From contig JAUUDE010000059.1 in NCBI GenBank assembly GCA_030826915.1, positions 357 to 64,356 on the forward strand: a DNA stretch of 64,000 nt, in the 5' to 3' direction. Shown one piece after another: positions 32,157 through 43,450 of the stretch (its first letter is position 1; every line of letters starts with the position of its first letter). This DNA is from Thiomicrospira sp. GTDB taxonomy: Bacteria > Pseudomonadota > Gammaproteobacteria > Thiomicrospirales > Thiomicrospiraceae. The translations under genes were made by a program, and so were the position numbers. Below the pieces are notes generated by a model that was given only the letters and a program-made list of their open reading frames with translations, did no database searches and was not told where the DNA came from.

Positions 32157-32500
32157 TTAAATGGGACTTAAAGAGTCAAATATTCTCATATACTCAGCAC
32201 TTGGAGTTTCTAGCCGAACACCGATATGACACTCATTATCTTGTGTACTTATACAGTGTTTTATTTCAGCCATAAACTTAAAAGGAATAATTGTAGGTTG
32301 TTTGATGGAATTTGGGACATCAAAGTGTACTTCTATACGCTTATGTAGAGAAGATTTTTCATTGCTTATAAAGCCAATACCATGACGTGAAAAATCGGTC
32401 ATAGTGGCGTAGATGTTTTACCATCTAAAATCATTAACACGGGACGACTGGAAGGAAAGCGCAAGTTGCGACGTTTGTTGGTTGTTTTTACTGTAGTCAT
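32157..32500 (-). pseudogene. Second PilZ-domain protein with a frameshift at the A4 run (T4 at 32416-32419)
   Basis: ATG at 32500 gives MTTVKTTNKRRNLRFP...DGK; adding one A continues NIYATMTDFSRHG, uniting RxxxR and DxSxxG. Confidence 0.8.
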
Positions 32501-32523
32501 AAATGTACCTAAGTTAACAAAAA

Positions 32524-32557
32524 AGATCTTTGCGAGAACGATCGTGCAAAGCCCTCT
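32524..32557. repeat. Mini-copy of repeat family C
   Basis: AGATCTTTGCG...CGTGCAAAGCCCTCT; the right arm is the reverse complement of GAGGGCTTTGCACG at 51170. Confidence 0.6.
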
Positions 32558-32620
32558 AATAATCTATTTCAAATCATCATAACCATAATTTTAAAATGTA
32601 CGATAAAGCTTTTTTATGTA

Positions 32621-32882
32621 GTCGACCCTGAATAACGACTTTAAATTATGGCAAAGCCAGTTTTTCCTCAACAAGGCAGAATTTTGAAGTGCTATCTAGA
32701 TAACATAAGAAAATCTAACACAGTTGAGGGAAAACTGGCGCAGCCCCTTCGGGTGGGCGTTTAAGCAGGCATACTCGTTGTTGTGAATCTTGGTAAGGAA
32801 ATAACCCTTACCTGCGATCCACGCCTAGAGCCTGCCTACTCAAACGTCCCACATACTTTTAAAGTCGTTATTCAGAGTCGAC
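32621..32882. mobile_element. 262-bp MITE (family B), copy 1
   Basis: About 25-bp TIR GTCGACYCTGAATAACGACTTTAAA; 6-bp direct repeat TATGTA at 32615-32620 and 32883-32888; near-identical to 54195-54456. Confidence 0.92.
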
Positions 32883-33000
32883 TATGTAGAATTCTTTCAG
32901 CTAATCATTGGAGTTGTTCGTTTTTAATTTACTTAATTGACCCTAAGTTATAATCTCACATACTACAGGTCAGATCATTATTTATTTATTGGAGTTTTTT

Positions 33001-33531
33001 ATGTCTATTAGAAAGTACAAAACATTTGAACCGCAATTGTCATCCTCAACTTGGGTAGATGAAAGTGCCGTTGTGATTGGCAAATGTGTTTTGGGAGAGA
33101 ATGTCGGAATTTGGCCTAATGCCACCTTGCGTGGCGATGTTAATGATATTGTTATTGGTGATCGTTCTAATGTGCAAGATGGTTCAGTTGTGCACACAAC
33201 ACATGAAAGCGATGTGTCTAAAGGTTCAAAGTGTATTGTCGGTAAGGATGTGACTATTGGGCATAACGCCGTATTACATGGTTGTATTATTGAAGATGAG
33301 TGTTTGATTGGAATGGGAGCAGTTGTTCTGGATAACGCCGTTGTACAAAAGCATGTTTTGGTTGGAGCAAATAGTTTGGTGCCACCAGGAAAAGTCTTAG
33401 AAAGTGGCTTTTTATATATGGGTTCTCCTGTTAAACAGGCACGTGCATTAACGGAAAAAGAGATTGCTTTTTTTAAATATTCTGCCAAACACTATGTAAA
33501 ACTGAAAAATGACTATCAAAACCAAGCGTAA
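33001..33531 (+). CDS. Gamma carbonic anhydrase family protein (YrdA-like)
   Basis: Hexapeptide repeats, LRGDVN, SNVQDGSVVH, TIGHNAVLHGC. Confidence 0.93.
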   Translation: MSIRKYKTFEPQLSSSTWVDESAVVIGKCVLGENVGIWPNATLRGDVNDIVIGDRSNVQDGSVVHTTHESDVSKGSKCIVGKDVTIGHNAVLHGCIIEDECLIGMGAVVLDNAVVQKHVLVGANSLVPPGKVLESGFLYMGSPVKQARALTEKEIAFFKYSAKHYVKLKNDYQNQA

Positions 33532-33567
33532 TCTGACGGTACTTTTAAATAGAAAGACGAGGTAATT

Positions 33568-34827
33568 ATGCTTGTATTACAACATGAGTTGTGGGGTCAA
33601 TTGATTTTGGTTCTATTGTTCAGCTTTTTGACGGGTTCTGAGTTGAGAGGTTATCAAAAAAAGTTTCATAGCGCCTCTAATGAGTTGTTTTTAGGAACGG
33701 TACGAACCATGACGTTAACCGGGCTCTTGGGCAGTGTTTTCTATTTGGTTAGTGAATGGCTGTACTTGCTCGGTTTTGTGGCCTTATCCGTGTTGTTTGC
33801 CTTGTTGTATTGGCAACGTTTAAAAGTACAAAATAGTAGTTTGCTGTCATTTTTAGTTTGGGCTTTAACTTACAGTTATGCCCCTTTAGTAATGGAACAG
33901 CCCCTATGGGTGGCATCGGGCGTTTTTGTTATTATTGTGTTGTTGCTGAACTCCAAACAAGTACTAAATGAGTTAGCAGAAAAAGTGTCTAATGATGAGC
34001 TAAGTACCTTGGCAAAATTGATTTTGCTGAGTGTAGTCATTTTACCTTTATTGCCTCAAGAAAATATCAATCAATGGATCCCGGTTTCACCTTTTAAAAT
34101 TTGGTTAGCCGTTGTTGTGGTCTCCTCAGTATCTTATTTGGGTTACGTTTCTCAAAAGTTCTTTTTTCATGAACAGGGAGTCTTGTTAACCGGTGTTCTT
34201 GGTGGAATTTATTCATCCACAGCCACAACGGTTGTTTTAGCTAAAAAATCGGTAGAGTACCCACGTTTAAGCTATAGAATGACGGGCGCTATTATTTCAG
34301 CAACAGGTTTGATGTATGTTCGTCTTTGGATAATTGCGGCTATTTTTATGTGGCCTGTTGCCATGACATTGTTACCCTCAATTATCAGTTTAAGCCTTGC
34401 TGCGCTGGTATTAACGGTTGTTTACATTCAGCTGGAAAAACGACGAGGGGATCATAAAACAGTTGAAAGCGGTAATGCACAAAACCCTTTGGAGCTGAAA
34501 GTTGCCTTTATCTTTGCAGGTTTGTTTGTCGTTATGGCGGTAGCCACTCAATTTGTTATGACAAACTACGGTGAGGCGGGTGTAAAGTATCTTTCCGTGA
34601 TTGTTGGTTTTACCGATATTGATCCTTTTATTCTTTCTATTCTAAACGGTCAATACCAAGCGGATATTGGTGTTATTTCTGGGGCAATTTTAATTGCAGC
34701 AGGTTCTAATAATATACTAAAAGCCATTTATGCATGGGTGCTTGCAGAGCCTGATTCAGGTCGTCATTCTGCTTTTTGGTTATGTACCTTGGGTGTAATG
34801 AGTATTGCTTTAGGGTGGTGGTTATAA
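33568..34827 (+). CDS. MgtC/SapB-DUF4010 membrane protein
   Basis: GTVRT, PFKIWLAVVVVS, GGIYSSTATT, NPLELKVA, many TMs. Confidence 0.85.
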   Translation: MLVLQHELWGQLILVLLFSFLTGSELRGYQKKFHSASNELFLGTVRTMTLTGLLGSVFYLVSEWLYLLGFVALSVLFALLYWQRLKVQNSSLLSFLVWALTYSYAPLVMEQPLWVASGVFVIIVLLLNSKQVLNELAEKVSNDELSTLAKLILLSVVILPLLPQENINQWIPVSPFKIWLAVVVVSSVSYLGYVSQKFFFHEQGVLLTGVLGGIYSSTATTVVLAKKSVEYPRLSYRMTGAIISATGLMYVRLWIIAAIFMWPVAMTLLPSIISLSLAALVLTVVYIQLEKRRGDHKTVESGNAQNPLELKVAFIFAGLFVVMAVATQFVMTNYGEAGVKYLSVIVGFTDIDPFILSILNGQYQADIGVISGAILIAAGSNNILKAIYAWVLAEPDSGRHSAFWLCTLGVMSIALGWWL

Positions 34828-34841
34828 GTTTGATAATTAGG

Positions 34842-34892
34842 TAGGGGGTGACTGAAAAAAAGCCATAAAATATGATTTTTCAGTCCACCCTA
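34842..34892. terminator. Hairpin/terminator between convergent genes
   Basis: TAGGGG-TGACTGAAAAA...TTTTTCAGTCCACCCTA. Confidence 0.55.
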
Positions 34893-34921
34893 TTGATTGT
34901 CTTTTATAAAAAACGATTGAG

Positions 34922-35755
34922 TTATGTAATTTCTTTTCTGATTTGGCTTATAACAGATTGTGTTTCAGGTCTGACGCCTCGCCAAATATAAAATGCTTCT
35001 GCCGCTTGTCCAACAAGCATACCTAAACCATCCATGGTTTTACAGTTGGGTTGAGCTTGTTTTGCCCAATCCATAAATACGGTTGGTTCTGCACCATACA
35101 TCATGTCATACACTAAGCTTTCGGCACCAATCAATTTATCTGAAATTGGAGGTGTTTTGCCTTCTAGGCTCGCAGACGTACCATTAATAATAATGTCGTA
35201 GGTTTGTGCAGGAATGTCTTCCCAACCACTTGCAGTTATAGGCACTTGAGTATTAAAACGATTACCTAAAACTTCGGCACGTTTTGCAGTACGGTTGGCA
35301 ATATGTACCAGGCCTGGTTGTTTTTCTAATAACGGTTCTAAAATACCTTGAACTGCACCACCTGCACCTAAAATGAGTACAGTTTTATCTTTGAAAGCAC
35401 AGTCACCATTTAATTCAATGTCGTTGACAAGGCCAGTGCCATCTGTGTTGTCACCCAAGGTGTAGCCGTCGTCCAAAAACTTAAATGTATTAACGGCTTG
35501 AGCGGTAGTAGCTCGGCTGGTTAATTCATCTGCATATTCAAATGCATCCAGCTTGTAAGGCACGGTGATGTTAATGCCTTTATAGCCCTGGTTCTTTAGG
35601 TCAGCCATGGCCCAACCAAAAGAACTTTCTTCTGGGTCAATTAGAATTGCTTCATAAATCAAGTCTTGATTGGTTTGTTCAGCAAATAAGCGATGAATCT
35701 GGGGCGACTTTGAATGGCTGATTGGGCAGCCTACTACGGCATATTGGTCCGTCAT
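34922..35755 (-). CDS. aroE: Shikimate dehydrogenase
   Basis: HSKSPQIH, NITVPYK, AVNT, GDNTDG, LGAGGA, ANRT, DGLGMLVGQA. Confidence 0.96.
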   Translation of the reverse strand: MTDQYAVVGCPISHSKSPQIHRLFAEQTNQDLIYEAILIDPEESSFGWAMADLKNQGYKGINITVPYKLDAFEYADELTSRATTAQAVNTFKFLDDGYTLGDNTDGTGLVNDIELNGDCAFKDKTVLILGAGGAVQGILEPLLEKQPGLVHIANRTAKRAEVLGNRFNTQVPITASGWEDIPAQTYDIIINGTSASLEGKTPPISDKLIGAESLVYDMMYGAEPTVFMDWAKQAQPNCKTMDGLGMLVGQAAEAFYIWRGVRPETQSVISQIRKEIT

Positions 35756-35757
35756 GC

Positions 35758-36810
<1,053 letters not shown>

Positions 36811-36872
36811 TTAAGTATCAATAGTGTATCGAATGATACCTGTCATAGCATTAAAAATAAAGGAGCCGGAGA

Positions 36873-37322
36873 GTGGATAATTTAATGGAGTATGTTTTTT
36901 TTGATTTAAGTTTAGCGCAACGCTTTCAAAAGTTTTGCGCCTCTCTAGATGTAGAGACTGCTTTAAAATCAGATGAAACCTATTCTGGTGAACCCGAATT
37001 TACGGTAAGCATTACGGATAAACTAAGCGAAGAAAAGACAGAAAAAATAGAAGAAGAATACGGTGAAATGCTATTTGGTGAGCAAGCGGCCATGATTGAA
37101 GGTAATAAAGATACAGGTGCAATTGCTGATGCCTGTGGGGTTCAGGTACAGTTGCAATCAGGCCAATTTACTACTGTTGCTATTCATCCTGATACAATGA
37201 ATAAGATATTGTCGGTATTAACAATCAAAGAATTGCAACAATTCTTGAGTCAGGTTGCAGAAGATATAGAAAATCCAAAATTAGGACCAATCTGCTCTAG
37301 AAAAGATCTACCCACTATATAG
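36873..37322 (+). CDS. Hypothetical protein
   Basis: 149-aa acidic ORF, AGGAG/GGAG RBS. Confidence 0.7.
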   Translation: MDNLMEYVFFDLSLAQRFQKFCASLDVETALKSDETYSGEPEFTVSITDKLSEEKTEKIEEEYGEMLFGEQAAMIEGNKDTGAIADACGVQVQLQSGQFTTVAIHPDTMNKILSVLTIKELQQFLSQVAEDIENPKLGPICSRKDLPTI

Positions 37323-37429
37323 TGTGTTTTATTAGCTGTTTAGTTGGTGTATAGACAGAACGCTAGCCCCTTATAAAAAATTTATATAAGAGATTCCTAA
37401 TTTTTATTGTGATTAAGCTTGCAGTTGGC

Positions 37430-37448
37430 AATCATAAAATTTATGATT
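37430..37448. promoter_or_regulatory. 9-1-9 palindrome upstream of soxC, candidate operator
   Basis: AATCATAAA-A-TTTATGATT about 130 bp before the soxC start. Confidence 0.4.
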
Positions 37449-37577
37449 ACCTGCTAGCAATAACTGTATTAGCCTTGATTGTGAATTATACTACTAGGCA
37501 ATCAGGCTATTATAGATAACGTAAACTCTTGAATCTGGGGTGTTACTCATAGAAGTAAGGCCATCAAGGAGCAATAA

Positions 37578-38939
37578 ATGACAGATCAAATCGTAGAAAA
37601 GGTTGCAGTTCAGACTGATGAAAGTCGCAACCAAAGCCGTCGCGCCTTTTTAAAAGGTAGCGCGGCTGTAGCTGGTGGTGTGATGTTCACTCAGGCAGCG
37701 ACCGCAGCTGAAGGTGCTGGTTATGATGCTAAGAAAGCTGTAGCACCATATGCTGGTAAAGAAGAAATCACAAATGTATTACAAGACCAAGCGGCTCGTA
37801 AGTCTTTAGGTTTCGGCGTTCGTAAATACCCATATGGTATGCCTTCTCCTTATGAAAAAGAAGTTCAACGTCGTACTCTAGAGTGGTTAACACCGGATTC
37901 AATGGCGTCTATTACAATGACTCCGCTGCAGCAATTACACGGTATTATCACACCAAACGGGCTTCACTTTGAACGTTTTCACGGTGGTGTACCAACAATC
38001 AACCCTGATGAGCACCGTTTGGTAATTCACGGTCTAGTTGAGCGTCCATTAATTTTCACAATGGATGATCTTAAGCGTTTCCCATCAGTTTCACGTATTC
38101 ACTTCGTTGAGTGTCCAGCTAACGGTGCGATGGAGTGGAAAGGGGTTCAGCTGAACTCTGTTCAGTGGACTCACGGTATGATGTCTTGTGTTGAATACAC
38201 AGGTGTACGTCTATCTGACCTACTAAAAGAAGCCGGTATTAAACCTGAAGGCAAGTGGATTATTCCTGAAGGTGCGGATGCATCAGGGATGTCTCGATCT
38301 ATTCCTTTAGACTTAGCAATGGATGACTGTTTTGTTGCCTACGCTCAGAATGGTGAAGCGTTACGCCGTGAACAAGGTTACCCTATTCGTTTAGTTGTTC
38401 CTGGTTGTGAAGCAAATATGTGGGTTAAATACCTACGTCGTATTATGGTTCACGATGTGCCAATGCAGCACCGTGAGGAAACGTCTAAATATACTGAACT
38501 TATGCCAGATGGAACAGCGCAGCGTTTCTCATGGTATATGGAAGCTAACTCAGTTATTACTTACCCATCTCCAGACTTTAAAATGCAAGGCCCAGGTAAA
38601 TACTACGTTCGTGGTTTAGCATGGTCAGGTCGTGGTAAAGTTGCACACGTTGATGTTTCATTTGACGGTGGTAAAAACTGGAAGGAAGCACATTTTACTT
38701 CTCCTGTTCTTGATAAAGCTTGGACTCGTTTTGAAGTTGAATGGGATTGGGATGGTTCTGAAGCATTCCTAATGAGCCGTGTAACAGATGAAACGGGTTA
38801 TGTTCAACCTCCTATGCCGCAAATGCGTAACCTAGAAGGTACTAACAACGTGTATCACCGTACGGCAATGGTTACATGGCGTGTACACGCATGGGAAAAT
38901 GGAAAAAGCGGAGGCATGATCGAAAATGTTCAATACTAA
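37578..38939 (+). CDS. soxC: Sulfane dehydrogenase molybdoprotein subunit SoxC
   Basis: Tat signal SRRAFLK, GIITPNGLHFERFH, FVECPANG, EQGYPIRLVVPG, GLAWSGRG. Confidence 0.93.
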   Translation: MTDQIVEKVAVQTDESRNQSRRAFLKGSAAVAGGVMFTQAATAAEGAGYDAKKAVAPYAGKEEITNVLQDQAARKSLGFGVRKYPYGMPSPYEKEVQRRTLEWLTPDSMASITMTPLQQLHGIITPNGLHFERFHGGVPTINPDEHRLVIHGLVERPLIFTMDDLKRFPSVSRIHFVECPANGAMEWKGVQLNSVQWTHGMMSCVEYTGVRLSDLLKEAGIKPEGKWIIPEGADASGMSRSIPLDLAMDDCFVAYAQNGEALRREQGYPIRLVVPGCEANMWVKYLRRIMVHDVPMQHREETSKYTELMPDGTAQRFSWYMEANSVITYPSPDFKMQGPGKYYVRGLAWSGRGKVAHVDVSFDGGKNWKEAHFTSPVLDKAWTRFEVEWDWDGSEAFLMSRVTDETGYVQPPMPQMRNLEGTNNVYHRTAMVTWRVHAWENGKSGGMIENVQY

Positions 38940-39993
38940 AAAAAGTTTAGTTGTAGCTTCTGTTGCAGCACTATTTTCAGGTTCTGTATTTGCAATGTCT
39001 GGCTCTTCAGACAGCAATACAGCTTCTGGTGAAAAAATTGACGGTAAATACGCTGCAAACTATGCAGAAATTATCAAGAAAGCAGATGGTAAATACCTAG
39101 ATAAAGAGGTTATTGAAGCAATTCTTGGTAAAGATGCCGCTTATGGTCGTAACGGTCTTGAAGGTAAATTAGATCCTGCAAACCCTTACTCTTTCGAAGT
39201 GGACGATAGCATCGATGGTGGTAATCACGGTAATGCTCAGTGTAAAATTCCTGCTGCATTTACGGAAGTTCATGAAAGCGTAGCTAAGAATTTCTATAAC
39301 GACGATTACACTGCTCGTGGGTTTGGTACTCCAATCGCTGAATCAGCGCTAGAAAAGTGGAATATCACTGTAGATGGTGACGGTAAAGGCCTTCCTAAGG
39401 CTGGCGTTGGTATGACTGTCGAAGAAGGTGGTAAAGTTTACGTTCAATTCTGCGGAATGTGTCACGGTGAGTTTGGTGAAGGTGCTAAAGGTTACTTAGC
39501 TCTAGCGGTTGAGGAAGACTTAGTAACTTCTGACTTCACTGATCCAGCTCCAATGAAAGCAGTTGGTAACTACTGGCCTTACGCGGTAACTCTATTTGAT
39601 TACATTCGTCGTACAATGCCTTTCTGGACACCAAACGCACCTTATATTGGTGACGCTGGTTACCTAGGTATGACAGGTTATATTCTTCAGTCTAACTACA
39701 TCCCAATCAATGATGAAGGTGAAGAGTTAGCAGAAGATACATTCTTTGATTCAGCTATGTTGATGAAAATGAACAAGTATATGCCTAACCAAGGTAATTT
39801 CTTCTGTGATCACCGTCCAGTTATTCACAACGCACGTTGCATGACTAACTGTGATAAAACACAGGTTGGTGATGGTACTGGTAACATAGAAAATTATCGT
39901 CAAGCACGTAAACTACCTGATGGAACACCTCAGTATAACGTTCCTCAGCGTTTACACGAAGATAAGCCAGGTGTAGGTCACGCCGGAATGTAA
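38926..39993 (+). CDS. soxD: Sulfane dehydrogenase cytochrome c subunit SoxD (single CxxCH)
   Basis: Sec signal, WNITVDGDGKGLP, CGMCHGEFGEG, VGNYWPYA.TLFDYIRRTMP, CMTNC; overlaps the soxC stop. Confidence 0.88.
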   Translation: MFNTKKSLVVASVAALFSGSVFAMSGSSDSNTASGEKIDGKYAANYAEIIKKADGKYLDKEVIEAILGKDAAYGRNGLEGKLDPANPYSFEVDDSIDGGNHGNAQCKIPAAFTEVHESVAKNFYNDDYTARGFGTPIAESALEKWNITVDGDGKGLPKAGVGMTVEEGGKVYVQFCGMCHGEFGEGAKGYLALAVEEDLVTSDFTDPAPMKAVGNYWPYAVTLFDYIRRTMPFWTPNAPYIGDAGYLGMTGYILQSNYIPINDEGEELAEDTFFDSAMLMKMNKYMPNQGNFFCDHRPVIHNARCMTNCDKTQVGDGTGNIENYRQARKLPDGTPQYNVPQRLHEDKPGVGHAGM

Positions 39994-39994
39994 T

Positions 39995-40117
39995 TTTTAG
40001 TGGCCGAATGGTCGCTAGGAATTGCTAGCTCTGTGTTAGAAAATGGTCGCCTACCTGTGTAGGCTCACACTTTCTGCCTAGATCTAACAAACCTAGCAAA
40101 CATTCAGCTCACTAAAA
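39995..40117 (+). other. Long nested hairpin in the soxCD 3' region (candidate structured RNA)
   Basis: TTTTAGTG/CACTAAAA, GAATG/CATTC, TTGCTAG/CTAGCAA, TGTTAGA/TCTAACA, GCCTAC/GTAGGC nested pairs. Confidence 0.55.
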
Positions 40118-40128
40118 CGTTATGTTTG

Positions 40129-40165
40129 AAAACCCACAATTACTTTTGTGATTGTGGGTTTTTTT
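40129..40165 (+). terminator. soxCD intrinsic terminator
   Basis: AAAACCCACAAT...ATTGTGGGTTTTTTT. Confidence 0.88.
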
Positions 40166-40343
40166 ATGTCTGTTGGAAATGCCTTGTTACCAGGCCTGGT
40201 AACATTATCTGTTTAATTTCATTAGAAAATTTTATCCTGTCTAATTGCAAATTTAATAATAAATAATTGAATTCTAATATGTATTCCGTGTAAAATGCGT
40301 TATTCCCGTTCGGCTATAACGCTGACTTAAAAAGAAAGAATTT

Positions 40344-41345
40344 ATGCGTAAAGAGTTAATAGATCCATTTAATCGAAAAATTGAGTATGTGCGTGTTTCC
40401 GTTACCGATAAATGTAATTATCGTTGTGGTTACTGCATGCCTGAGCAAGGCGTGCATCCTGATGGTACTCATACTGAATACTTGTCTTATGATGAGTTAG
40501 CTCGCATTATCAAAGCATTTGTTAATCTGGGTGTAGCCAAGGTTCGCATTACGGGTGGTGAACCTTTAGTCCGTAAGAATTTATCGAGCCTGGTAGAACA
40601 AATTAGTCAGTATCAAGGTTTAGAAGATATTGCACTTTCTACCAACGCACACCACTTAGGCCGAGAAGCGGAAGCTTTGCATAAAGCAGGTATTACTCGT
40701 GCGAACATTTCTATTGATTCATTGAGAGAAAAACGCTTTAAAAATATCACTCGCGGCGGCGATTTGAAAAAAGTGCTTGCTGGCGTTGATAAAGCGCTAG
40801 AAGTAGGTATGCAACCTGTTAAGTTCAATATGGTTGTCATGAAAGGCACTAACGATGATGAAATTGAAGCCATGGTGGATTACGGGTTAGAAAAAGGGGT
40901 TGAGGTTCGCTTTATTGAAACAATGCCTATTGGTCCAGCAGGCGTGAGTATGATGGATCAACACTATGCGGCAGATAAAATTTTGGCGAGGATTAAAAAG
41001 CATGTAGGAACCGATTTGATTCCTGCATCAGGTAAATCTCATGACGGCCCATCACGTAATTTTTTAATTGCGGGCACGAATACTAAAATCGGTGTTATCT
41101 CAGCCGTATCCCAGCATTTCTGTGAAACTTGTAACCGTGTACGCTTAACAGCAAAGGGTGTGTTAGCCCTGTGTTTAGGACAGGAAGATTCCATTGATCT
41201 TCGTACTCCTTTACGTGAAGGTATTTCAGATGAAGGGTTGGAGCAATTGATTATCGATGCAATGCTAAAAAAGCCAGAAAAACACTTTTTTAATGAAAAT
41301 GTTCACAATATTGAATTTAGACAAATGGTTCAACTAGGCGGTTGA
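40344..41345 (+). CDS. moaA: GTP 3',8-cyclase
   Basis: CNYRCGYC radical SAM motif, TGGEP, FCETCNRVRLT..G...C, C-terminal GG. Confidence 0.97.
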   Translation: MRKELIDPFNRKIEYVRVSVTDKCNYRCGYCMPEQGVHPDGTHTEYLSYDELARIIKAFVNLGVAKVRITGGEPLVRKNLSSLVEQISQYQGLEDIALSTNAHHLGREAEALHKAGITRANISIDSLREKRFKNITRGGDLKKVLAGVDKALEVGMQPVKFNMVVMKGTNDDEIEAMVDYGLEKGVEVRFIETMPIGPAGVSMMDQHYAADKILARIKKHVGTDLIPASGKSHDGPSRNFLIAGTNTKIGVISAVSQHFCETCNRVRLTAKGVLALCLGQEDSIDLRTPLREGISDEGLEQLIIDAMLKKPEKHFFNENVHNIEFRQMVQLGG

Positions 41346-41378
41346 TTCGTTTCATAGCTCTTTGTATAGGAAAAGAAA

Positions 41379-41627
41379 ATGGTAAATGTATTATATTTTG
41401 CAAGTTTTAGAGAGATGCTAGGTAAAGCCAATGAGCAAATTACAGCAGACCATAATACGGTAGGTGCTCTAATTGAAGATCTTTCAAAACGAGGAGAAAA
41501 TTGGCAACAAGCTCTACTAGAAAATAAAAACCTACAAATCGCAGTTAATCATGATGTAGCACAAAGAGATACTGTGATTAAGCCAGGCGATGAAGTTGCG
41601 TTTTTCCCTCCGGTAACAGGTGGTTAA
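41379..41627 (+). CDS. moaD: Molybdopterin synthase sulfur carrier
   Basis: VLYFA...AVN...GDEVAFFPPVTGG. Confidence 0.96.
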   Translation: MVNVLYFASFREMLGKANEQITADHNTVGALIEDLSKRGENWQQALLENKNLQIAVNHDVAQRDTVIKPGDEVAFFPPVTGG

Positions 41628-41633
41628 ACATTG

Positions 41634-42101
41634 ATGAGTGAGTTTCCATATATTAAAATTCAGCAAAAAGATTTTGATTTAACCACTGAAGTTGCTGCTA
41701 TGAGAGCCGGGCATAAAGATATTGGCGCAGTAGTCAGTTTTGTTGGTACCGTTCGTGATATTAATGAAGGTGATGAAGTAAGCATACTTGAACTTGAACA
41801 CTATCCAGGCATGACTGAAAAAGCACTTGAAAAAATTCGTTTAGAAGCCCACGACCGCTGGAAATTGGAATCGAGTTTAATCATACACCGTATAGGAAAA
41901 ATGTATCCAACTGACCAAATTGTTTTAGTTGCTGTTTCAAGTAGACACAGAGAAAATGCCTTTTACGCTTCACATTTTATAATGGATTACCTAAAAACCA
42001 ACGCTCCGTTTTGGAAAAAAGAGACTTTACCCGATGGAGAAGAGCGTTGGGTAGACGCAAGAGTGACTGATAAAGAAGCAGAAAAGCGTTGGATTCAATA
42101 A
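41634..42101 (+). CDS. moaE: Molybdopterin synthase catalytic subunit
   Basis: GAVVSFVGTVRD, LEHYPGM, HRIG, MDYLKTNAPFWKKE. Confidence 0.96.
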   Translation: MSEFPYIKIQQKDFDLTTEVAAMRAGHKDIGAVVSFVGTVRDINEGDEVSILELEHYPGMTEKALEKIRLEAHDRWKLESSLIIHRIGKMYPTDQIVLVAVSSRHRENAFYASHFIMDYLKTNAPFWKKETLPDGEERWVDARVTDKEAEKRWIQ

Positions 42102-42196
42102 TGGGCTTGTAAAGAGTATGTTTGCTATCTACTTATATTCTAAGTTATGTATTGAACCTTTACGCAACAAGATTTCAACCTAAAGAACATGCCATT

Positions 42197-42219
42197 TCCC
42201 TGCTTTTGCAGGGATTTTT
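42197..42219 (+). terminator. Possible terminator/attenuator between moaE and moeA
   Basis: TCCCTGC-TTTT-GCAGGGA-TTTTT. Confidence 0.5.
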
Positions 42220-42243
42220 GTAAGAACAAACTTTGAGAAAATA

Positions 42244-43449
42244 ATGAAGACATTTGACGAAGCATTACACTACTTACTAACCAAAGCAAAACAAACCGAG
42301 AAGACAGAAACTATTTCAATATCAGACGCTTTAGGGCGCGTATTGGCTAAACCTATTGTTTCAACAGTGAATGTGCCACCACATGATAATAGCATGATGG
42401 ATGGCTATGCCATTCACAGTTTTGACCTAGAGCATAACTCGGTATTTACAGTTAGCCAACGTATTCCTGCTGGTAGTACACCTCAAGCTTTAAAAACCGG
42501 TACAGCAACCAGAATCTTTACTGGTGCGCCTATTCCTGAAGGTGCCAATATGGTCATTATGCAGGAAGAAAGCGAACCACTTTCAGAAACCGAAATTAAG
42601 ATAACTGCTGAAAAGACAAATGTTGGGCAAAATATTCGTGTTATTGGTGAAGATATTGCGGAAAATGCCACTATCTTAAAAGCAGGTCATAAACTTCGTC
42701 CACAAGACTTAGGGTTAATTACTTCTATTGGTATCGATCAAGTAGTCGTGTTTAAACCTTTAACCATTGCAACCTTCACGACTGGTGATGAATTATTAGA
42801 GCCAGGTGAGGCTCCGCAGGAAGGTAAAATCTATAATGCTAACCGCTATGTGTTAAATGGATTAGTACCGCAACTTGGTTTTAAATTAATCGATTTAGGT
42901 CGAGTTGAAGATACCATTGATGCAACCGTAGAAGCAATGAAAAAAGCCGCATCTCTAGCCGATGTGGTGATTACAACGGGCGGTGTTTCCGTAGGTGAAG
43001 AAGACCATATTAAACCGGCTATAGAAAAACTAGGCAGTTTAGATATGTGGAAGGTTAAGATGAAACCAGGCAAGCCAATCGCATATGGTGATATTCAAGG
43101 TACCCCATTTATTGGCTTGCCAGGAAATCCAGTATCTGCATTTGCAACATTTAACCTATTTGCTCGTCCTTATTTATTGAAGATGCAGGGTGCGAATGTA
43201 TTAAAAGCCAAACCAATTTGGTTAGAAGCGGACTTTGATTGGTTAAAAGCGGGTTTTAGACGTGAATTTGCTCGTGCAAGATTGGTGAATAAGAACCAAA
43301 AAAGTATGGTGGAAATTTATCCAAACCAGGGTTCAGGTGTATTAACATCGACCGTTTGGGCAGATGGTTTTGTGGTGATTCCTGAAGACAGCCAAATTCA
43401 TAAAGGTGATAAAGTCGCCTTCTACCCTTTTAATCCCGTGGATGAGTAA
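42244..43449 (+). CDS. moeA: Molybdopterin molybdenumtransferase
   Basis: [41 protein letters not shown]. Confidence 0.96.
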   Translation: MKTFDEALHYLLTKAKQTEKTETISISDALGRVLAKPIVSTVNVPPHDNSMMDGYAIHSFDLEHNSVFTVSQRIPAGSTPQALKTGTATRIFTGAPIPEGANMVIMQEESEPLSETEIKITAEKTNVGQNIRVIGEDIAENATILKAGHKLRPQDLGLITSIGIDQVVVFKPLTIATFTTGDELLEPGEAPQEGKIYNANRYVLNGLVPQLGFKLIDLGRVEDTIDATVEAMKKAASLADVVITTGGVSVGEEDHIKPAIEKLGSLDMWKVKMKPGKPIAYGDIQGTPFIGLPGNPVSAFATFNLFARPYLLKMQGANVLKAKPIWLEADFDWLKAGFRREFARARLVNKNQKSMVEIYPNQGSGVLTSTVWADGFVVIPEDSQIHKGDKVAFYPFNPVDE

Positions 43450-43450
43450 C

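Noticed and set aside
39995-40117. SRP (4.5S) or 6S RNA identity for the long hairpin
   Set aside because: It lacks the SRP helix-8 GGAA loop/AGCAG signature and is too short, with no clear central bubble, for 6S.
39994-40343. Moco riboswitch upstream of moaA
   Set aside because: The long hairpin lies before the soxCD terminator, and moaA has its own promoter-like TTGAAT/TAAAAT with a short leader; I could not recognise the Moco motif.
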